A stretch of DNA of 63,951 nucleotides, counting the filler, from Reclinomonas americana ATCC 50394 (Eukaryota), in the NCBI GenBank assembly GCA_048213135.1. It is 9 parts of 3 records of this genome, joined end to end, with 100 filler letters (N's around TTAATTAATTAA, not from the genome) between each part and the next. Parts side by side here need not be neighbours in the genome. Positions count along the whole stretch, not along the records: positions 18,838 to 28,406 come from PS015616.1; positions 28,507 to 44,434 come from PS015616.1; 7 more parts are not named here. The stretch is one strand, 5' to 3'. Numbering within the stretch: position 1 is the first letter of the stretch; each line of letters opens with the position of its first letter. Position numbers and translations under genes: made by a program. Below, in pieces: positions 26,341 through 38,500 of this stretch. The notes beneath the pieces are model-generated. The model saw only the letters and a list, made by a program, of their open reading frames with translations, was not told the DNA's origin and searched no databases.

Positions 26341-26633
26341 GAAGCGAGAGTTACAATGTCAGGATAGCGAGACTAGGCCAGCACGCAGCTGATTGGCTCC
26401 GTCTCCTGAGACTTTCACGGTCGGCAAGAGAGGGGGGAAGACTGAATGAAGTGCCTCATATCAGCAGCAATCATCCGAAATCATCGACACGAGCACCAAG
26501 TCTTCCCGGTCGCGGCTTGTTCTTTTTCCCCGCTTGTAAGAGTTCGCTCTTGGATATCACGATTCTCACTCATACCCCCAACACACTTCCCTCTTCCGCA
26601 TACACTGTTTTACAAAGCTGTGGTCGGCTGTCA

Positions 26634-28000
26634 TCACGTGCACAACTCACTGTGATGCCGCTCTGCACGACGCGCCTCCAGCTCGGCAATATTCTGCTGG
26701 CGCTTGATGCGAACCTGCTCCCGCTCGCGCTGCAAGTCAGCCTGTCTTCGCACGCGATCCTGCAGCTGGCGCGAGGCGACTCGTCTGTCACGCAAGCAGA
26801 GTTAGACACACACTCCCTTTTCCATTTTCCATTCAAAGAGAGACGCAACTTCCTCTCGTCCTTGGCATTGCGCTCCACCACCAGTCCATTTTCGCGACGC
26901 TGGTTGGCCTCATACCACTGCTCCCACTCGCGCTGTAACCGCTCCTGTCGCTGCCGCTCGCGCTCTGCAATAACCGCCGCCCGCTGGGCCTCCAAGTCGG
27001 CGGTATGATCGTCGGACGCGGCTGCACGAAAAGAAAGGAGTCAGTTTCACGCAGTGTAGGAGACCATCGACGACTCCACAAACGAACCCTTGGCCAACCG
27101 CTCCTGCTCTCGCGCCGCCGCCCGTGCATCCTTGTCGGCCTGGATGCGCTCCGCCTTCTCGGCATCCTCCAGCGCCTTCTCGTCCTTGAGCTGCAGCGCG
27201 TAGTTTGTGTCGTGCGCCGTGCGTTGCATCTCGCGCTCAAACTCGCGAGACAGGCGCTGCTTGCCGAGCTCACGCTCCATTTGCTTGCGCGTCTGCCGCT
27301 CCTGAATGCCATCGATAAACGCCTGCTCGCGCTTCTCCTTGTCGACCGACACGCGCAGGTACGTCTGCGCCTCCATAATCTTGCGCACATCCTCGCGCGC
27401 CGCCCACCGCCGCTGCACAATCTGCCGCGTCTGCTCCGCGCGTCGCACAATGCTCATGTCGCGTCGCTCCTCCGCCGTGAGCGAGTCCCACTTGACTTGC
27501 GCCTTCCACTCGTCCAACGAGTGCTCGATCCGCGTCGGCGCCATCTCCTCCGCCCTCCACCCGCTCAACTCATTCACACTATCGCCGTCGCCGTCGCCGC
27601 CCACCGACCCGCCATCGCCAGCATCACTCGACTGCGATGCCGGCAGCAGTGAATCGCGACGCGGGGGAGGTGGCGGAGGCGGAGGTGCACCGGCAGGCGA
27701 CGGGGCCGCCGCCACGCCATACAGCTGACTGCGTCGCTTGCGCACCGAGCCCGCCTGCTGCTCCGGCTCCAGCTCATTGACAAAGAACTCACTGACCTCC
27801 TCCGGTCGCCCAACTATGGCTTCTCCCTCGCGCTCGTCAGTGTCGATGAGAGGGACGAGCGCGTGTGCGGCTGCGGCTGCAGAAGCGGGGGTGATGGCGG
27901 CCGTGGCATCGCTGTTGCCAATGGCGGCGAGGCGGTCGCGATGGGCCTTCTTTTCCCGTGCCAGTCGCTCGGACTCGGCGACCACGCGGAGGGCGTGTTC
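26634..28000 (-). CDS. Charged coiled-coil protein, 3' exons, function unknown
   Basis: Long E/R/K/Q-rich helical ORF. Introns at ~27087-27022 and 26849-26785 restore a continuous coiled coil (…KDERK|RVASRQLQDRVRRQADLQRERE…). The 5' end is in a gap. Confidence 0.75.
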
Positions 28001-28587
28001 CTGGAAAGGGGAAAAGTGGGGAAGAGTGAGGGGAAGCGAGGGGAGGGATAAGAGAGGGGAAGGGAGAAGGATGAGAGGGTTTAGGTGAGGTTTGGTGAAG
28101 GATTAGGTGAGGATGAAGTGCGATAAGTGAGAGTGAGTGTGAGAGAGAGAGAGAGTGGGGGAGTGAGTGCGTGCGAGAGGAGAGAGAGAGCGTGAGTGAG
28201 TGAGTGAGTGAGTGAGTGAGTGAGTGAGTGAAGGAGGCAGCGAGTAAGTGCTCGGAATACATGACTCTCTCCCCTTCTCTCTCCCTCCCTTCTCCTCTCT
28301 CTCTCTCTCTCTCTACTACTACTATACGTACTACTACTATACTAACTTAAGTAACGTTAACTCTACGTACGTCCCTACCTACCTCCGTCCTTCCTCCCTC
28401 CTCCTCNNNNNNNNNNNNNNNNNNNNNNNNNNNNNNNNNNNNNNNNNNNNTTAATTAATTAANNNNNNNNNNNNNNNNNNNNNNNNNNNNNNNNNNNNNN
28501 NNNNNNCGTACCGTACTACGTACCGTCCGTTACGTTACGTACGACACGTAACTACTACTACCTCTCCTCCTCCTCTCTCCTCCCTTC

Positions 28588-28618
<31 letters not shown>

Positions 28619-29114
28619 CCTTTCCCTCTCCCTCCCTCCCTCCCTCCCTCCCTCTGTGTATGTTTCTCCGGACACACACACACACACACCAACAAATCAT
28701 CAGCCGCCGTCGCCTGCAACACAGCCTCGTGATGACTCATTCCAACAGCACAAAAATGCCTCTCACACACTCTGCGCACAAGAAGCAAATCCAACGTCAA
28801 ACCATCACAAAAACAAACAAACAAAGAGGAAAAATTCGTCCGAACCTCACACTCGACAAACACTCACCAAACAGACACTGATGCACTCACTGACTGACTG
28901 ACACACACTGCGCACAAACAACACACGCGCAAATGCACTTGCTCTCTCTCACACACAATGAGCAGCAATGGACAGTTCCGCACGCGCGAGCCGCTCTGTC
29001 CACTTACCGTTACATTTTGCCGCCCTTTTTCTCAAGCTTTGTTGGAGAAAGGAGAGACTCGTTGCGCTCCTTCTTCTCTGTCTGTCTGTCTTGTTTCTTC
29101 TGTTAGAGAGAGAT

Positions 29115-29539
29115 ATGATGGTGCAACGGCGGCAGCTCGTGCTGCTGTTATGTGCCTCGTGTGTGCTGGTGATGATGGCCTCGGTGGCGTTTGGTGGAAA
29201 GATGTTGCGTGATTCCCTTCGCATGTGCTCTTTCACAAGTGTTGCTATGTGTGTGTGCCTTTGTTGAGAGTCTCTCTGTGTGTGATTGTGTGCGTGAGTT
29301 GAGTGCATTCAATTTTTTGGTGGCCAGAGAGACGTTGCATTTTTGCACTTTTTCTCTCTTTTTTTGTCTCTCTGGCGCTCCCTGTTGCGCTTGTTGCGTG
29401 TCATAGATGTCTTTCCTGCCTCGTCTCACACTCTGTGTGTTTGTGTGACCACGGTGCACCAGTCGCTGTTTCTCTGTATCAAGAGTTTCTCTCACACTCG
29501 CCCTCTTTGGGTTGCGTGTGCGTACGTCTCACTATGTCG

Positions 29540-29580
<41 letters not shown>

Positions 29581-32500
29581 TGTGTGCGTCCTCTTCTGTT
29601 TTCCCCCCATTCTCCTTCGGTTGTCCGCCAGTTTGTCACTTTGTTCTCTGTCTCTGTCACTGTCAGTCTCTGCCTCTGTCTCTGAATCCGCCTGTTTGTC
29701 TCTCGTGTACTCGTCTCGCAGGCAGACTTCTATGTAGCCTCTCTCTCTCTCTCTATGTCTCTCAATTTCTCATTCTGATCTCTCTCTGTGCGGATGTGTG
29801 TGTGTATGCCCGTGTCTGTTCGTGGTCCATCTCTCTCTGTGAATCTCTACTCCTCTCCTCGCTTGCCGACGTTGCACACAAAGTATTCGCTCTAGCACGC
29901 ATATTTGCCATGTTGCTCCGTTCCCCCTTGTCCTTCAACATCTAGCACATTCCACATTTGCCTCATGGCGCGGATTCTGAACCCTCTATTGACATTATGT
30001 TCCTCCGTACTCTCCTGCGTCTCGATCTCTCCTCCCTATTCCTTTCTCCTTTTTCTCTCAGTGGTGCATTCTCCCACAGAAAACCTGCAAGCTCGATTCT
30101 CTCTCTCTCTCTTTCATATCTCATCTTGTTTCCTTTCTTTGCCCTCTCCTATTTTCTTGGTGTCCTTGGCCGTCGTCTCTGATTCTTATTCCACTCCCTT
30201 CAGTAATCTTTGCTAAATTCTATTACTCGTATCCCCTCCTGCATCCGTTACTTTCTTCTCTTTCTCCATCCCTTTCCCTTCTTACCTCCCTTCCTCTTCC
30301 CCCTTTCCCTTCTTACTTCCCTTCCCCATCCCTTTCCCTTCTTACCTCCCTTCCCCTCCCGCAGCATCACCTACAACATGTGGTTCGACCGCCTCCCCGT
30401 GCCACGCTCCTACTCGGTGGCCGGGTGGATCCTCACCGACGCTACTGCACCGCTGACCGACGTGCAACTCGTGAGCGGCGCCGGCAGCCAAGACAACGCC
30501 TCCTTTGCCGTCTACCTCAATCAGTGGGTCTACTGCGTGCAATGTGGAGTGCCGACGGCCAGCTTCTTTAGCATTCGTGTGCGGGTCACTGACGGCAGTT
30601 GCGGTTCCGCCTCTTCCTTTTTTCCCCCACCTTCTGCGTGCTGACGAAGACTGTTTTCTTGACCACACACACAGCCGGCTCCTCCTGGGAGGCACCGCTG
30701 ACGATCCCCGTCAACAAGCCACTGACAAACCTGCGCCTGACTGCGACACAGTTCACGTCACCGGCGCCCGTCGGCTCCACCCTCTCCACCATCCTCGTCG
30801 ACAACGACCCCGGTGTCGACCCCGTCGGCTTCTCGATCATGTCACAGACGCCGCCCAACTCGGTGCAGTTGGTGTCTGGCAACGTGCTGCAGGCGGCCAG
30901 TGTGCTCTCCACATCGGTGACGCTGGTCATCCAGGCCACCGAGCGCTCCACCAACATGAGCATCGTTGGAGTGCGTAATGAGACCATGTTTTGCCATGTC
31001 TTCTTTATCTCATGTGATTGCACGCACAGAACTTCACCATCTTCCCCTCTCTCACGATTCGCTTCGTGGCGACTGCCGGCTCGCCGCTGCCGCTCCCACT
31101 GGCGCCGCAGACGGTGGTCGGCTCGCTGTCATCCTCGCTCACTGGACCCGTCGTGTTCACCTTGGGCACCACGAACAGCCCCTTCGTCATTAGCGGGTCC
31201 CAGCTGATTGTTGGCGCGACCGGTATTCTCCAGAGCGCGCAGCCGATTATCTCGGTGACAATCTCGGCGGTGGCCACCAGCACGGGCACCTCGGCACAGG
31301 GCACGGTGCAGCTGCAAGGTGCCGTACACCCACTACCAATCGCGCTCTTTCTTTGATTAATTTTGCACGCACAGTTTCGCTGCCGCCCATCGACATTGTG
31401 ACGACACCGGCAACGCCGTCGCTCTACCTTCCAATCACCTTGCAGTCAGTGGTGGCGCAATTGACGGCCGTGCCCGCGGCGGCAGTGCAAAACGCGCTGC
31501 TCTTGTCGCTCGTGTCGCAGACGCCGGCGGGCATTGTGAGCCTGTCGGGCAACTCGCTCATTCTGTCGGGCACACCCAACGGTGTGCAGTCGGTGTCGGT
31601 GGTGGTGCGTGCCACGGACACGGTGACCAAGGCCTACTTCAACAAGACTCTGTCGTTGCCGGTGGTGTCGGGTGAGTGGGCGGGAGGGGGGGCGAAGGGG
31701 GCGAAGGGGGGAAAAGGGGGAAGGGATGAAGAAGCATTCATCTTTATTCTTCTTCATGTCTTCATGTCCGTTTTTCTTTCTCTCTCTCTCTCTCTCTCTA
31801 TCCGTCGTTCACGATGTCGATTCTGCTCTCTCGTGACTATCTTGTTTATGCCTCGTCTTGCGGGATTTGTCGATTTCTGTGTTGTTGTCAGGGTCTGCTT
31901 TCATCTTTGTTATATCTTGCTTCCTCCATGATGCCACAGCTGCTCAGACTCTTCAAACACTATCTCCTACTTTCGCTTTCTCACTTGTATCTCAGTGTGG
32001 TCGCATTGTGACTGCTCATTTATATCTCATACTTTCATGATAGCTTTCGCATTTTGCCAAATCTTTCCGTCCCTTTCTCACTCTCGCCCCTTTCTCATGG
32101 CCTCCAGATACATACCGTGTTGTGCTCTCTTGTTCACTGCAGATAGTTGGTCGTTTCCGTCTCTTCGATTTCTATCTTGCAAGCACACATCAATTTGTTG
32201 CTCCTCCTTTTATCCGTATTGTCTCCTTCCCTCTCTTTTCTCTTTTTGCATCTCTACTCTTTCCCTCTTATCTCTGCATCTCTTGCCTCTCGATCTCTCT
32301 CCTTTCCGTTTGGTTTCTCTTCTCGTCCATTTCTCTCCTGTCTCACCGTCTCTTCCTTTTCCCTTTGTCTCTCGTTCTCTTCTGTTACAGCCATCTCTGT
32401 CCCTCCTCCTTGCCTTTTGTTGCTTCCATTTCCCTTTGTTCCCTCTTGTCTCATCCTCCCCCCTCCACACAGCCCCTCCCGCCCCCACCCGCGTCAACTG

Positions 32501-35500
32501 CCAGGAGACGATGATCCCCTCGCCGCTGCCGAGCGGTGCGACGGCCTGCACTCTGGTCTCTGACGTGACCAGCAACATCTCCTTCCAGCTCGTGTCGCAA
32601 CAGCCGACTGGCTCAGTTTCCCTCTCCGGCAACAAGCTGGTGGTGGTCGGCGCCCTGAGCAGCATTGCGTCGCCGATCACGGTAACGGTGCGAGCCATCG
32701 AGTCGCTGCGCATGCAGTTTGTCGAGCGGTCGTTTGTGTTGCCGATTGGTGCGTGAATTTCACCGTCAATTGCGTTGAATGACAAGCTTCCTCTAAACTT
32801 GTCGCTTGCCGCAGGCACTCTGGCCAACCTGCAAATCACCTTGGCCACCACGCGCATGGTGCTTCCGGCCTCTGCTGGCGCTCTGGTCGGCACGCTGACC
32901 GTCGACACAGGTGCACCGGCCAGCGCCGTGCTGTTCACCGTGCAGGATTCGCCCAGCTTCTTCGCCATTGGCCAGGGCAACAAACTGGTGGTGGCCAGCG
33001 GTGGTCTCCCCCCGCAGGTTGTCTCGACGCTGTCGGTGACGGTGCAGGCCAGCATCAGCGGCACCACTGTCACCTCGCGCATGCTGTTCGTTGTTGGAGG
33101 TGAGTGCATCGGTGATGAAGAGACAACTCACCGGTCTCGCTCAAGGGCGACGACTCTTCATATCCCTTGGCTTATCTGCAATTCTTTCCTTGTTGTTTCC
33201 GACTCTCGTTCTCACGATTTCCTCCGGTGCATAACACAGCTGTCACTCCTTTTTTGCTTGTTGTCAGCATTCATTCTCTATTCTTTCCATTCATTATGAC
33301 GTCCTCTTTCTCTGCTGTTCCTCTCTACTTGCCGACCTGGACTCTACTCTTTGTTTTCACGAGTACGTAACACACCTGCAATCTGTTTTTTTCGCGCTCT
33401 GAGTGTCACTCTATTCTTTTCTTATTTCTCATCTCTCACTCCTGTTATTCGTCCTTGTTGAAACGGTTTCTCTTCGCCTGCCTGCATAACACCTGTCAGC
33501 TCTGCTCTCTTGTGCTCTCTATCGCTCTGCGCCCTTCTCTTCCCATAGCATCTCTTCACTCGCTCTCAATTAATTGCGATACTTTCTCATCGTTTGGTTT
33601 GCTTCTTCATTTTTCCTTTCTCCTTCAAGTGCATATTACTTTGGAAAGCACGTGCTCTCCAGTTGCTTTCTTCTCCTCTCTTAGCTCATTCTGTTTCGTT
33701 AAAGTGTCACCTATTTTCTCCAGTTTTCAACCTTGCTTTTTATCTCCTTTCCCCTCTCACCTCCCTTCCCCCTTCCCCCTTCCCCTCTCACCTCCCTTCC
33801 CCCTTCCCCCTTTCCCCTTTCCCCTTCAGTAAACAACCCCCCCCGCGACATCACCGGCGTCCTGGACCCCATCACCATCCCGCTGCCGGCAGCTTCGACC
33901 CTCTCCCTCGGCACCCTCACCATTGTCGACGACGCCGTCGACGTTGCCACGGACAAGCTGAGCATTGTGTCGCAGACACCGGCCGACGTGCTGCGCCTTA
34001 ACGGCAACACTGTGGAGGTGCAAAAGGCGCCGCCGAGTGGCACCCTGACGGTGCAGCTCACGGTGCAGGCGTCGGATCCGCTGACCGGTGCCGCCGTCAC
34101 ACGGTCGTTCCTGGTGGCTGTCGGTGAGCACTCAAACCTCAGATCATCGTCTTTCTTTTCATCCTCACTCACTTGTCCTCCTCACTCAGTCGACTCCTCG
34201 GCGGGAGAGACGGTGGCGCTGTCGGTCAGCGAAATCGCCGTGCCGATTGCCGACAAGTCCGTCATTGGCTTCGTGTCGGTGTCCGGCAGCGCCGGCCTGG
34301 CGTACACCTTTACGCTGCTGTCGCAGACGCCCGGCAACCTCTTCTCGCTGGCCTCAACCCAGCTGATGGTCAGCAATCTGTCCGCCGCCCCGTTCCCGAT
34401 GCAGGGTTCGGTGACGATTCAGGCCACCAAGACCTCCACCGGCGCCATTATCAACAAGTCGTTTGTCATTCTGTTCGACGACACCACCAAGCCGACGTCC
34501 AACACACTCACACTGTCGCTGAGTGGTGCTGGCACGTACCCGGTGCCGGCCACTGCCGGCGCGCAGATCGGCTCCGTGTCGGTCACCAATGCCAGCAAAG
34601 CCCCATACCTCTATCGCATCCTGTACCAGCGTCCGGTCGGCGCGTTTGCGATATCCAACACGACTGGTGCGCTGACGGTTGCACGCGCTGTCGCCGGCCG
34701 TGTCGGCCTGCGAGTGCGTGTCACCGATGCCAACGGGGCCGTCGGCGAAGCCGATTTCCTTGTGAGCGAAGGTCTGTCATCCATTCTCGCGCCTGCTTCA
34801 TTCACCAACTCATTCTTCTCGCACAGCACCCACCGCACCCGCCGCAATTGTCTACGCCATTGACGACCCACCGCTGCAGCTCCCGTTGCTGCCTGGCCAG
34901 CGCCTCCTCGGCCTCACCACCACCGATGCCAACTCGAACGAGAAGTTCACTTACTCACTGGCTTCGGGTGCTGGCTCCACGCACAACAGCCTGTTCATTG
35001 TGGACAGCGACGGTCTCTTTGTGACGGTCACTGGCGGCACCGGCATCCCCTCCGGCTCCATCACGTCGCCGATGCAGCTGCGCGTGCGTGTGACTGACCG
35101 CGACGGCCTGTGGTTGGAGCAGGCCCTGTCGCTCCCGTTCATCGATCCCACATTGTCGGGTCGCAAGACTCCCACCGACATCACTGTCAAGCCAACCACG
35201 TACCCCATCAATCCGCCTGCCGGTTTCTTTGTCGGCTCGCTCACTGCTGTTGGACTGGCCCCCACCGACACGGCAACATTCACCATTCGTGGCCAGTTCC
35301 CTGAGACCGCCGTCAAGCTCTCGCCGCAAGACAATGCCTCGCTGATCATTGATCAGCCGCCGTTCGGTGACTTGTCGATCAACTTCCGTGCCACCATCGA
35401 CAATGGCGGTGGCCGTCTGGACAAGATCCTGACCATCAAGGAGCTGCCGCTGACCAACACCACCACTCCGACTGCGCCGCTGGATTTGCGCCTCAAGTTG

Positions 35501-38500
35501 CTCTCCTATCCGCGCCCACTGCCGTTGCCCATTGCCGGCGGTTCGATTGTCGGCAGTCTGATCCCGGTGGACCCGAATTTCTTCGACACCTTCCTGTGCG
35601 CTCTCGTGGGCGGCGACGGCAGCAACGACAACAATTTGTTCCAGGTGTCCGACACCACGGTGCATGCCGCCGCCGGCCAGTGGCTGAGCAGCGGTCGCCA
35701 ATCGCCGCTGCACATTCGTGTGCGGTGCACCGACAGCGCCAGCTTCACTATCGAGAAGCAGTTTGCCATTCCCAGTTTCGTATAGGGCTGGAATATGAGA
35801 GAGTGCCGCTACGTTATTAACTCACGTCGCATGCCTGCAGTCAACAATGCGCCTACGGACATTTTGCTGTCGACAGTCGAGTACTGGGTGAGTAGCAGGG
35901 AATGGATCGACATGAGATGCATTCTGTGGCACACACGCTGACTGACCTGGATGTTCTTTTCCGCATAGTACCCGGCCGTCAAAGACTCCATCATTGGCAA
36001 ACTCACTGCAGTGGACGAGCCTGGCGATCAGCACACATTCACCATTCAGAGTCAGTCTCCGGCCAACTCTGTGGTGCTCAGTGGCCCCAACGGCAATCTG
36101 CTTTCAGTCTTTATGCCGCCGGCCAATCGTGTTCCCTTGCAACTCGTCATTCGAGGCACCGACAAGGGCAACGGAATGGTGCGTGTGTGACGAGGGCGCC
36201 AAGCTTTCGTTTTTTTTTTTGCAGGACTGCTGAAGATGACGTGTGCGTGTCTGCAGTACGTGGACCGTGCATTCCGCTTGCTGCCGGTGGGTGGTGTCGA
36301 CTATGTGCCACCCGGCGGCGACATCAGCGCCAGCTCCAAGTGCGATCCGAAAGTCCAATGCGTTGCGTGTGTTTCATCTCGTTTTTTTCCTCTGCACCTC
36401 GCTTTGCCCTGACAACAAACACCTGCAGAACGGCAATGGCTCGTGCGGTCTCGGCGCGCTCAGTCCCACCAAGTGCCAGTGCAATGCCGGCTGGTTTGGC
36501 GACAAGTGCGAGCGAGCCTGCGGCGAGTTCGATGTGTGCGTCGGTGGCTGCCGCGTCAACTCACGACTGGAGAAGGGCGCGCCTGACAAGTTTGGACGCA
36601 CCACGTGGACTCTGTATCGGTGCGAGCAGCCGTTCCGCATCTATGGTGCCGTCACCGACAATCCAGTGGCCCTTGATTATTTGTCTCGGTGAGGGAGAGG
36701 GAGGGAGAAAGGGAAAGGGAGGGGGAGGGGAAAGGGTAAGGGAGAAGGGAGATAGCATGGTGAAGAAGAGCAAGAGAGAGCGAGCTGAGTGGAGCAGAGG
36801 GTTAACAGAGACGATAATCAGCTGTGTTTACGGAGATGAAGAAGCAAATCGAGAGGAAATGCTGTGAAGCAGGAAGAGAGAGAGGGAGGAAAGAGCATGG
36901 CATAGGTGGGTGTGTTGACAGGAAATGCGACCAGAAAGATAGCACAAGCAAAAGAGCAAGGGAATGGTTATCAGAGACGATAATGAGCTTTGTTTGTGGA
37001 GCTCATCATCCCTCTTTCATTGCAGTTCCGGTGGCAACACCATTCGTCTGTACGATCCGGACCAGCTGGCTGGCACGCCGAACATTCTCGACATTGCGCA
37101 GAGTTTCGGTCTCTCCGTGGTCATTGGCTTGAAGATGCAGCCGGAGAAGATTCCCGATCGGTTCCCTGCCTTCAACTGTTGCGTAGAGCCCGTGTTCTCG
37201 GCTTCTACATGGCAAGTGCTCAGCAACTCATGCGCCTGTGCGCAGACACCACCGGAAGCCCGTATGAGGATCAGCAAGACGAGCTGGCCATTGGCGTCGT
37301 GAAGCGCTGGAAGTACCACCCCGCAGTTTCGTCGGTGTCACTCACAGTCTTTTTTGCTGCGAATCCTTACACACTGTCGCGCAGCTGCTGGCGTGGAATG
37401 TTGGCAATGAGGTGCAATGTGACATGTCATGCGTATATCTCCCAGTGTGCAAGATCACTCACTTTATTGTTACAGATGGAGCTGTGGACCGATGCGTCGG
37501 AGCACAGTCGTGTCTTCAAGGCCGTGGAGCGTTTGGCTGCCATGGTCAAGACCGAGGACCCGTCGCACGTGACCCTGACTTCAACAGTCACTGCCAAGGT
37601 GACACCGGAGCTGAAGGTTTGTTGGTAGGGAAAGGGAGAGAGTGGAAGAGGGGAGGGATTCTTTGGAGAGGAGACAGTGGGAGAGTGAGGATGAGAGAGA
37701 AGGGAGGAGAGCAAATGTGGAAGGGAGAGCGTGAAGTAGGAAGTGCTTGGAAAGTAAAGATGAAAGAGAAGGGGGAAGAGAGTGAGGACATTTGTTGATA
37801 GCGGTTAGGGAGAGGGTGTAGTAGGTTGTGCTTTCTTGGAGAGCAGACAGCGGGAGAGTGAGGATGAGAGAGAAGGGAAGAGAGCGAGTATGTCTGTTGA
37901 TAGCGGAAGGGAGAGGGTGTGGTAGGATGTGCTTTCCTGGAGAGGAGACAGTGAGAGAGTGAGGAACAGGGCACAGAGAGCGAGTGGACTACATGTTTGC
38001 GCACCTGCTTACTTGGCGTGCGTGTGCGCAGGATTCTCTACCACACATTGACATTATCGGTCGCAAGTTTCGTTCCATTGTCGGCGTGCATCATCGTAGT
38101 TGTCCACTCAAGCAACAATGTGTGTGCACAGTGCTTTCGGCCTCGCTCCCGACTTGCTGTTCACGCTCGATGCGTGGGGCTACGAGGGTGCCTACATGCT
38201 CACTGAATGTTTCGTGCACGTCGCCTCTTGTCGCCAGTCTCTCTTTCTGCACCACTCATCCATCGTATCTTGCGCAGTTGGCGTGCCCGGTTGGTGGGGC
38301 GGCGAGACCGACTTTGTTGAGTGCCAAGCGCGCCACCTGCAGTCATCCTATGGCATCGCTAACTGACCATGATTCTTTGTGACTTGCAGACCACGTGGGG
38401 ATCCCCGATTGAAGGCAGCTCGCGCGACAAGGCCGAATGGGTGTGTGACCGCAAATGTGAGCGTTCAGCACTTGTCCACTCTCCTCACCACAACTCCTGC

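Noticed and set aside
28314..28560. TACG/ACTA-rich sequence beside gaps (also ~23930-24080 and 55737-55800)
   Set aside because: Looks like low-quality pyrosequencing read ends (TACG flow-order noise) at contig edges.
30595..30603. Non-GT donors (GC at 30595, or TT-starting introns) as an alternative to the shifted class
   Set aside because: A GT donor giving the correct phase exists in every case. TT starts would also need non-AG acceptors. Not formally excluded without cDNA.
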